Origin: the human T2T-CHM13v2.0 reference genome, Homo sapiens | NCBI RefSeq assembly: GCF_009914755.1 | Contig: NC_060936.1 | Length of the DNA: 64,000 bases | Direction: 5' to 3' (one strand) | Shown here: positions 52,761 through 64,000 of the stretch, one piece after another | Numbering within the stretch: position 1 is the stretch's first letter | Layout: every line of letters begins with the position of its first letter | Notes under the pieces: model-generated | The model's database searches: none | The model's input: only the letters and a program-made list of their open reading frames with translations | Told to the model about the DNA's origin: nothing | Program-made: the position numbers and the translations under genes

Positions 52761-53939
52761 AAAATGAGATGCATCTTCGGGAAATGCTCACTCATCTATT
52801 TAGACTGAAAATCACCATCTGAAACTCATTTAATGGAAGCAGTCAGTCCAGGGAGCACCACTACCAGTAGAGGCCTGGAGGGAACGCTGGGAAGAAAGTT
52901 AGATAGAGATGGGAGGCTGAGCCAGCACAATCAGAGCTTCTGTCCGGAAAAACATCATGACGTTTGGCCAGTGTTCATGAGCTTCCCACAGCTCTGGACA
53001 TCCAGCCAGAGCTTCCAAAATCCACTCTGCTTCTGCCTGGTGGCCAGCCTGTCCTCCGACTTCTAGCTCTGGTTGGGAAGACGGACCCAGATGGGCTTCC
53101 CATCAATGCTCTGCACAAGGAGAAGTTGGTGATATTTAATACTTCACTGCTTTGAGACCAGTAACTCAGCCAAGGCTAAAAGTGTGAGTCCAGACCCAGG
53201 ATTGAAGGCTAGGAGTATTCCTGAATAGCCCAAGGAAATGTGCCATATCTCTGGCTTTTAGCTGATTACAAGTTTTCTGGGGTAAAGTTGGATGTAACCA
53301 AGACTCGAATCATTTTTTTCTCCAGTATTTACAGGAAGTAGATCATGGATACTCTGCTGTTCACTACGGTGTATCACTTCCATCAGTTGATAGGCAACTC
53401 CTAATGATTCTAAACAAAATTTGCATTTAGATTCACACTTGCCTTACAACCTTAGGCTGACCTTGCTCCCTTAGCTCCCTTCTTAGTGGTCACTCCTGCC
53501 AGGATCCTACAATGATGGTTGCTCATTAGTTAAGAAACAGCCATTTTAGTTATGGACTGAGGAAGTTGGGAACAAAACTGCTGGTTCCTCATTACTTTGT
53601 ATAAATGTTCTCCTCAAAATATCAGTGCACAAAACTCATTATATTTCTTAATTTTTCTAAATCAGGTTAAATCTGCATGCATTAAGAAGAAAGTTGATGT
53701 CTTAATTTACAAGAAGCTTGGAGGGCATATTCAATTCAGAAAAATTGAAAGAGGGCTCTTGGTTTGAGTGTATCATGATTGCCACCCAAAGGACCACTTC
53801 TATAAGCTCATGTCCTGCCTCAAAGGTGGGTGTCATTGCTGTTCACAGTCCTGCTGCTCATGGTACCCACTGCTTCTACAAACATGTGGGTTGACCACTG
53901 GTCCTGCCGAGGTTTTCAAGGTTGCAGTGCTGTGGATTC

Positions 53940-54848
<909 letters not shown>

Positions 54849-56231
54849 GGCTCATGATTTTCAAATCCTGAAAAAAATAGGCCATTTGGGAGCAGGATCC
54901 AGTCTATTATTTAAAACCAAATTTCCACTAAAATAAATTACTTCCTCACTATTTTTAAATGTAAGTCAGATAGCTTATTTTAAGTTTATGGCTATTTAAC
55001 ACTTGGAAGAGGTAAGGATTACTGCATGAGCATAAATATAAAATACTACATGCCAAAGTTGAGTTTTCCAGAGAAGAAATGGCAACAGTAGGCAGAATCG
55101 ACAGTTCTGTGTGTTTTAAATTAGAAGTATCTGATGGGCTGTGGATTTGGATGGGGCAACCTGAATGTGTGCTTCTTCAAGGTTAGGGTTAATTGATTAC
55201 TGTTCCAAATCTGTCTTGGAGAACCAAGATCACACTGGTCACATTACTTTAGTCCAGATCTCTTTACCCCATAGTTCTCTTTAGGGCACAGAGTCTACCC
55301 CTTCCTTCCCTGTGACATAAAAAGACCAGCTTCAAGGTGCAGCCCTCTGAAAATGGAGGGTTGTGGACTACAGCCAACATGAATTTTAGACAGTCTGGCC
55401 CACCTCTGATGGACCAAGCTTGTTTCATAGCCCGTGATGGAGCCAGAAACATCGCTTGTCAAATGTCAACTGGATACCACCATGAAGCATGCAAGAGCAA
55501 ATATCTGACATTTTCTAACCCCTTCAGCCTTTGCTTCTGTTGCTCCCAACATGAATCCTCCATCTGCTCCACTGGTTTTTTCCCTCTCAGCCATTACAGG
55601 GACTGATGCTGAGATTTCATTTAATGTCACCCTTAATTAACCTGAGAGGACAGGATAAAGTCTTTAGTCCCCTCCTGGGACTAAGAGAAAAGAAGAGACT
55701 TAGGGTGGGAAACTGAAAAGGCTTTTATGTTCCTGGCTCTTCTGCAGGTAAATCTCTCAGAAAATTGCTGTTTTATTGTTTCCAGGCATTGAGCTCACAT
55801 TACACCAGCCCAAGCCAGGAAGGCTCTGTCGGCCCATCCATCAGCTTTTATAGGGTGAGGACCTCTGGGAACTCGGAAACCACTCAACAAATTGGAAATG
55901 TTAATGACATGGTCCAAGTAAACACCAGATCTTCATGGCTGGACATTTCCTTCCTGTACCTTTCCCCAGCTAAAAATGACATGGCACACTATTGTGAGGG
56001 GACCTTTTAAAAAGTGTGTGTGAGTACATGCATGCATAGGTGCATTTGCGTGCTTAAAAGGGAGGACTGACCCAAAGCCATGGGGGATTTCCAAAGGAAA
56101 TTAACCTTTCTTAGAGAATCAGTCTTTCCTCTCTGGAAATTGGACTATATACAACCCCAAACTATTACAACTTCACTGCAGTAATGAGCTGTCAGATATT
56201 TCCCATTGTATAAATGAATCTTATTATTTGA

Positions 56232-56558
<327 letters not shown>

Positions 56559-59500
56559 TCAGTTAATAGGTTTTAACCAACATCAGAATAATGTAAGTTG
56601 TCTAGAAAACAATGTTGACAATTCAGCTGAAAGATAAATAGGAGCCCTCTACAGTGTTAGACTAACATCTATAGTACTAGTCTAACATCTGTCTAAAGTT
56701 GGAATATGTTGAGCATTTTTACAAATATTTAATGAGTAATGGACTATTATTTTTCTGAATGACCTTAAATATTACAAGGTAGAGACCAAATTCACCTGCA
56801 ATGCTCAGGTGTATGTTGCACTGCAGCAGTCCTAAATGCCCTGGCTCACCATGGAGAAATCAAACTGCTCCTTGACAAGTGATCCAATACCTTGCATTGT
56901 GTCAAACAATGTAACAGGAAAAAATGTAAAAAGACTGAAAGTGACTATGTTGTCACGGTTCTTCCAGGTTGTCACAGTCAAATCGCTTTTGCTGCTTTTA
57001 TTCAATAAATACATACTTTATCCTAATTCTGTAATGATGTCCCTAAATATGTTTTGTTCCTCTCTATCCACAACAGACACAGTGAGCACATGGCAGAACA
57101 ATATGAGAAGCAAGAATTTCATGCTGGCATTTGGAATTGACTCCAGCCATTGTAATTGTGACTAACCACTGGTTATTGGTTTTTAAAAATAAGTTGTCTA
57201 AATTAAACACTACTGTTTCAGACATTGTTAAGAAGGGTAAGTTGTATTTGATTTGATGTGTACATTCACACTCTTCTTGAGAAGTTTTGAGCAGATTGTC
57301 CCTAGACCAAAAAAAAATTGTATTTTATTTCCACTCAGAAAGAAAAACGTATTTTTGATATTTAAAATTATTATTATTAAAGTCAGATTCTAAGAAGTTT
57401 CTCAGAATACTTTATTTGTTGTGGAACATAAGTTCTACCAAATTATGGAACTCTAAATGCTTCTATAGAAATAGTATTCAAAGATATTTCTTTCCAGTTC
57501 CAATGATCTCTCAGTAATTTTTAAGGGCAGGGTGGCAGGGCAGAGAGGGACTATAGGAAAGTGAATATATTTGTTGTTTTAAAATGTTCTTCCCATTAAG
57601 TTACAAATTTTACTGAAGATACTGACAAAGAACTTCTTTCAAAGAAGAATTCAGGTAATTATAGATAATATCTTCATTTGTTCACTATTAGGTTAAACCT
57701 TATGATACTGCCATTTTCTTACATGAAAATTGGTCAAATATAGGAAATTTTTCATATGTTCAACCTAATATTTTATTCTTTCATTTATCATTATGTATTT
57801 CCTTGCTGCACCTCAGTATATGATGTAGATTTATAATAAAAGACAGACATAATAAATCCATTAGCACAAAGAGCAAAAGAACAAGGGCTGTGTAACAACA
57901 GAGGAGGGAAAATTGTTTTTGGAAAACCAGGCTAAGGATCACTATCACAATTGATCAGAAAATCTAATTTAGAATTTCCTGGAATCCATGACAAAACTGG
58001 AACAAATGTTACACTGCTTTTAGGTAATAATGAGATATATAGATACTTATAGAATAATGTCAAACTTTTTCTGGCTATTAAGAGAAATATATCAAATAAG
58101 CATTCATATGAGAGGGATTTCTAAAATTAATACCTAGTACTTATGGAATGTTGTATAGTTTATCACTTTTCTCTTATGAATGCTTCAATTTAAATTAATG
58201 TATCAGTTGGAAAAGAGGAACTTAGAATGTTGAAAAGAGGACTTCAGAGAGAATCTGGAAGTAGAGTACATGAGGAAATGGGTATTTTTCCTAAGGAAGG
58301 CTTTTCCCTCTGAGGACCTTCTGATTCACATACTCATCATGCTAATTAGGGCTGTAAGGTACGCTACTTACTGGAAAGTTATTTTACATTGCAAACTATT
58401 ATATTGATTTTCAGATAAAAAATTAAACTAATGCGTATTAAGCCATTTAAGCTGTTTTTTGTTGTTATTCCCCAAGAACTGGACAAACTGACATCAACTT
58501 TCTGGATTTGTTTAGTTGGGAGAACAAACTTGAGAATATAGGAAGATAAAAGGAACCTTGGGAACTTTTGGGGTAGATTTCCTTCTCTAGATATCCTCCC
58601 ACTCCATTACAATTTCAATATGGATTAAAGAGAATGCTTTCTGAAGTTAATGAAAGACTTCTATAAATCAACACATTTCTCAGTGTGCTTAGACAAATCA
58701 TTATGCCTCTATGAATCTTTAGGTAGAAAAATAAAAAAACATTCGTAGTTCTTGTATTATAATCCCTTTAGTTTATGCACTCACCACTGGGCTATATGGT
58801 GTTTAAATAGGAAGTGTTGAAAGAATAACCAACCACTGAATGAAACGTGTGGGTGACTCATTAGATAGCTAACTTCCCTTTGGGTTAATAAGAGAAGTTC
58901 TAACATACATGATCTAACATGATGAAAGGTCTAACATGTCCAAAGTAGCAGAAGTCTTTAAGCACTAGAACCAATTCTTTCTCATCACTGTCAACAATAT
59001 TTGCAAAGTATTCTTCCTAAGAGTAACTGATAGAAACCAATCCAAACCTGTTTCTCCCTGGCCAATCAAAATGTTCAAGGGAAAATCTGAAGATAGACAC
59101 ATTTATAAGCAACCATAAATGGTGAAATGCATTTGCAAATATATTTAACACAAACGTAAAACTGGTCAATATCCCCAGGGTAATAATCATTTGAATCTTC
59201 ATCTAACAAAATTTATTTGTATCTTTATCAATGAGAATTGTTGTATTACTGTAAGTAATCTACAAATTAGAGAATTGTAAAATATCTAAAAGATAACAAA
59301 AAACATAAGCCCATATAGAATCAAATAACCCCAGTAGGAAGCCCTAGACAGTGCCCAGCATTCCACTGACAGGACATCCAGTAATTCTTTGCCTGTTTCA
59401 AAATCGTTCACCTTTCTTTCTCAGCATTTTAATTCTCAAATTAAAAGACTTCGAAAGCACACATCTGTGGAATATTTTTCAACAAAAACAGGTAACAAGA

Positions 59501-60599
59501 AACGTATTTCTACCTCCATAATGCCCTTTTCTCTTCTCGTCACCACTACTACATTAGGCTAAGTTTGCAGTGTTCTGTTATTTAAATTTTAAATTTAACA
59601 CAATAACAACCAGGATTATCAGTTTTTAAAAGGATCATGTTTGAATTTTGCATCACCAGAAAGCAATTTATAATTATCCTATTGATAGCCTATGATCTTG
59701 AACCAATCTGTACCTCCTTCCAGTGGGTTTTCAACAAAGAAAACAGAAGTATTACAAGAACCAGTGAAGGACAAATGAGTCTTTTCCTACTAATTCTTCT
59801 ATTACAATCCTTATTCTTTCTTTTTTTCCTGGTATCAAAAGGTATTTTGCAACATTGGCTAAGGCTCAACCCCAGTAATTCTAACAATATTGGTAGGTTT
59901 TTTTCTCCCATAGGGAATCTGGTACCTCACAGAGTTCTTCAAACTGTGTCTGCTTTAAGCATAAGACACAGGTACGTCTGTGTCCTAATTAGCTCAAATC
60001 TGATTATGAACAAAAGAGTCCCCAAGGATTTCAAAGATCATTTAATTTGACAAGTGCATTATAAAATATATATACCTCCTGATTAATTTGATTAGTGTAG
60101 CATCACAGAGGAAGAAATCATGTTTCTGAGTCAAAGGACCAAGGGTGACAGTAGTTGGCTGGGTGACAGGGAATATCTGAGGGCTGTAGGGAACACCTAC
60201 CAAATGGGTTTGTTGATTTTCAGGGAGACGGATAAGTATAGCCATAGTTTACTATCAAAGAGTAGCATCTCTATCTGTAAGAAAATTGTAATGTTGGCTC
60301 TTAGAAGTTAATGACAATTCTTAAAGAAAGAAAAGTTCGTTTAAAGAAAGAAGAGTTTAGCATTACATTTATTTTTGTTTGTTTAGGTCACAAAATTTTA
60401 CCTTATTTAGGATCTTTGTTCTAAGAAATCTTTCAAAATTTTGGTGAAATACTACATATCTGTTAGGGAAGCTATTTCCTAGTTTAGTGTCTATTATTTA
60501 ATAAATTCCTCTATTTCTCAGTTAAGGACATTCACCAAAAAAAGATAAAAAAAAGATAGAGTGCAGCAAATGTGTCTGCCTGTGGATCTAGTCCAGAAT

Positions 60600-61060
60600 G
60601 TGACTTTACTTTTTACTCTCTTAGTAGCTGCTTTTGATGAGCACAAGTTCTTGATTTTAATGAATCCCAATTTACAATCATTTAAAATTACTGTTTCTGA
60701 GTATTTTAAAGCAATATATGCCTATCTAAGGTCATGAAAATAACATTTTACCTTTCAGATGTAAGTCTATGATCCATCTAAATTGATTTTTCTGTAAGGT
60801 GTGAGGTGGGGGTCAAGATTCCTTCCCACCCCTCAACGTTCATATCTAATAGACCCAGCATAATTTACTTAAAGGTCCAATCCTTTCCCCATTGCCCATA
60901 CTGCTGTGGCACCTTTGTAATTAAAGAAAAAAAAAAAAAGAAGAAGAAGAAAGAAAGATAAAACTGTTACAGGAGTAGGTCTGTTTCTGGACCCTTATTT
61001 GTTTTATTGTTCTCTTTGTCTATCCATGCACCAACACCACATTGCCTCAATTATTATTCA
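60600..61060 (-). mobile_element. L1M ORF2-end fragment
   Basis: gtaagtctatgatccatctaaattgatttttctgtaaggtgtgaggtgggggtcaag...ggtctgtttctggaccct. Confidence 0.7.
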
Positions 61061-61198
61061 GGGATGACAAAAAACAGATAATATGGAAATAGAGCTAAGA
61101 AGAAGATACATTGCTGTCTTGAATCTCAGGGACTTACACGTTGGACAAACATCATAGATGAGGATGAGTAAGACATGGTAGAGTTTGTAACTTCCTGG

Positions 61199-61900
61199 TA
61201 TTAGAGTAGGCAGATAGTCAGAAATAAACAGGCAAGGGAGCCCCTCGGAAAAGAAGTCCTGGAGATGCCACCCATTTACAGTCAGCAAAAAAACAATGGC
61301 TACACTGGCTACTTCTGGCCTTGTGACTGGGCTCCTCCCATCCAGAAGGGGACTTACCAGGCCCTGGTCAGTGATAACCGTGGTAGGGACTTTCCCTGCT
61401 GAGGAGCATGCACACTCCTCCAATAACCCACCCTAGAGTAGCCTTTTCCTCATCGTAATAGTAAAAAACACAGCCCTGCATGGATATTTTAAATGCTAAT
61501 GAGACATGCGATGTGTGTATTAGCTGTATGACCACAGGGCATGCACACTCAAGGGGACTGCCTAAAACATGACACCCCCTCACATCCCTTCATGAATAAT
61601 CATGTAAGATTAGAGTTCCCCAGCACTAGCTGCTGCTGGCTCATTCTCTTTTGAGTAGCCCGCTGACTCATCTTTCAGAGTGTACTGTCTATTTAAATAA
61701 ACTCTGCTATTGTTATTTTTCCAGCCAGACCAGCCTGGAGCTGTTTTCCAGCAGGGTCAACCCATTCCTCTCTTGGAGTATACTCTTATCTCGTTATAAA
61801 CCTTTGCCTTACATTACTAATTGTCTCTTGGCTAAATCCTTTCTCCCAAGTTAGACAACAACCAAAGATTCCCTGCACCCTTCCTTTTAACACTGGTAAC
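61199..61900 (+). mobile_element. ERV1-class solo LTR (LTR39/MER84/LTR36-like)
   Basis: Starts tattagagtaggcagatagtcagaaat; cccttcatgaataatcatgtaaga; aataaa near 61696. Subfamily and 3' end uncertain. Confidence 0.7.
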
Positions 61901-62184
61901 CATTGAAACTCTGCCATCAAACTTTGGTGGGTACAGGTGAAACAGAGATTATGACACACTGAGTCTTGCTCAGGATTAGGACGGATTTGGCCTGGTCAGC
62001 AGTTGATCCATGTGGAGTAGATATAAAACTCAAGATTGAAACTGAAGATTGTAGTGGGCTCTTGGGCAATAATTTCTAAAGAACTATTCATACCAGACAA
62101 ATCTTTATCAAAATATATGATAAATGTATACTATAACTGTGAGAGTAATTTAATTTCTTGGGATTGATATTTGACTTTTTTTTA

Positions 62185-62545
62185 TATCACAAAGGAAAAT
62201 GAAAGGCAACCTAGTCAAGAAAAATGTGACTAATTGGTTTAATTATGGTTCATCTACATGATGTAGTACTCTACAGCTGGTAGATATCTTGTTATAGCAC
62301 AATATTTAATTGCATGGAAAACTTATTAAGTTTTAAAGAGCCTTTTATAGAATAGTAGATATAGTGTAATTCAAATTTACATTAAAGATGTATTTATATA
62401 CATAGATAAAAGACTAGAATAAATATATCTATGTACTTACAGTGGTAATTTCTGGGTGATATGTCAGGGATATTTTTCTTTTCTTTTCACATTCTTCCGA
62501 ATTTCTTCAAGAACTAGTAATATTTTAATAATAATAATAAAAATA
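62185..62545 (+). mobile_element. L1ME-type 3' end
   Basis: taattatggttcatctacatgatgtagtact...acagtggtaatttctgggtg. Confidence 0.55.
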
Positions 62546-63651
62546 ATTCTTTTCTTACACTGTAGATTCTATATTCAGGCTTTCTGCTTTTGTGACACTG
62601 GGATAACATATTTACTAGTGATATCGGACATTCCTGAACTATACATATAATTATGCACAAGAAGCACAAAAGGCGGTAATTTAATAAAGTGTTACTAAAA
62701 CAAATTTCAAATTTTATAAAAACTTGTTCTCATTTTTTTCTCCATTCTAGTTTCTTTCAAGAATTTGGTCCATCCTCGTTTGCTTAAGTGACTTAATCTG
62801 GATAAGCCTTAAAGAAGCACTTCTGTAGTAATTATGTTTTAAATTGATGTCAGTAGACAAAAGTTGTCTCAGACAGTTATAAAATAGTATTATAATAACA
62901 AATGCTTTAAATGTAAACATAGACTAAATAAAAAGGCTTTCGTCTAATTCTTTTGTGGTCTGTTTTTTAGGCACACTAAGTGTCCCTACTTTAAGAGAGG
63001 AGAAGACAGCTTGATGGGCTGGCACATTAGTAGATACCTTCTGTAGATACTTTCAGACATCAATATTTTTACACTGTTTTTCTGTAATACAGAAAAGTAT
63101 TGAATCAGGGAATGATTAAGATTCAAAAAAAGTTTCATATTTCAATATTTATTGTTTCATCTCTGAGAGGATGTAAGGTATCTTAATATCATAAATTAAG
63201 TCAATCCCAAATGCATCACCTGGACCAGATGGAACATAGAGGCCAATGAACCTAGAGGAAAGCTTAATCAAGCACCAAGTGCTCAGAAACCTTGAATCAA
63301 GCTGAGTTTCTTTTATGTCTGTCCCTTTTAGCCATCTCTGTGGAGTCCAAGCTCTCTGCCTTGAAGCATTCTTCTCCACTTCTCTCCACTGGCAGGCAAA
63401 GCCATGTTGGTTTCCTCTGAAAAAGTAGACAACTCAGGTAAGAAAGGGGTGAAAGGGATGGCTTTGGGGGTGATTTAAGGAAGAAGAAAAGGCCTGCACC
63501 CTAGAAAAATATGATGAGGGCCACTCTTTGTGGTTAAGACATTGTCTCCACAAAACTTCTGTAAAAATGTAAGCATGTTTCTTGGAAAGATTAACACACT
63601 GACCTGTAACATCTACTAAAATAACAATGTCAGTATTTTAGTTAGCATTTT

Positions 63652-63654
63652 ACA

Positions 63655-63687
<33 letters not shown>
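63652..63687 (+). repeat. (CA)n microsatellite
   Basis: Direct read, one interruption. Confidence 0.93.
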
Positions 63688-64000
63688 CAACTTTGAGCAT
63701 GACTGGTCATCCAGCCCATTCCATTGTGCACTGCATGGCAGATTATTCCCCTAGTACAAGTCTATTAATCTGATGTGCAGAGAAGAGGAGTTACTGCAGT
63801 GTGGGTTTCCTGCAAGGAGACAGTGTCCTGTGTGTGGAGACAGACCCAACATCCAAGGAAGAGGTAACGCTGTCACAGGGTAAAATAACTTCTATGAAAA
63901 GAGGAAAAGATGAAAACAAGAAATTCATGCTCCAAATTTTCAGTTTCATTCTTCAGTCACTAATTTTCAGGTCACCAAAAATGCACCGCACCTGGATGAA

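Overview
Catarrhine primate (probably human) genomic DNA with no intact protein-coding gene. Most of the window is interspersed repeats: Alu, L1, L2, MIR, L3/CR1, MaLR LTRs, solo LTR12C, MER11A and MER50-family LTRs, MER1A and MER63 DNA transposons, and two decayed ERVL (HERV16/LTR16-type) proviruses. The main non-repeat feature is an intron-containing (duplicated, unprocessed) pseudogene fragment of TMTC1, the cadherin O-mannosyltransferase, on the minus strand. Exon 1 (33912-33703) lies in a still CpG-rich island. It has lost the start codon, carries a Tyr->TAA stop, and has a frameshifting deletion that removes the conserved HDDVW/DD motif. Exon 2 (27420-26833) is split by a sense-oriented L1MA-type 3' fragment with a 16-bp target-site duplication, and its donor is destroyed. 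TMTC1 comparisons use the human protein as recalled, not an alignment run here. From memory, a TMTC1 pseudogene (LOC100422352) is annotated near TMTC1 on 12p11, so the locus may already be catalogued. The most interesting open questions are the retained CpG-island promoter, a possible TMTC1-L1 chimeric terminal exon, and possible antisense transcription. Repeat subfamily names are by-eye calls.
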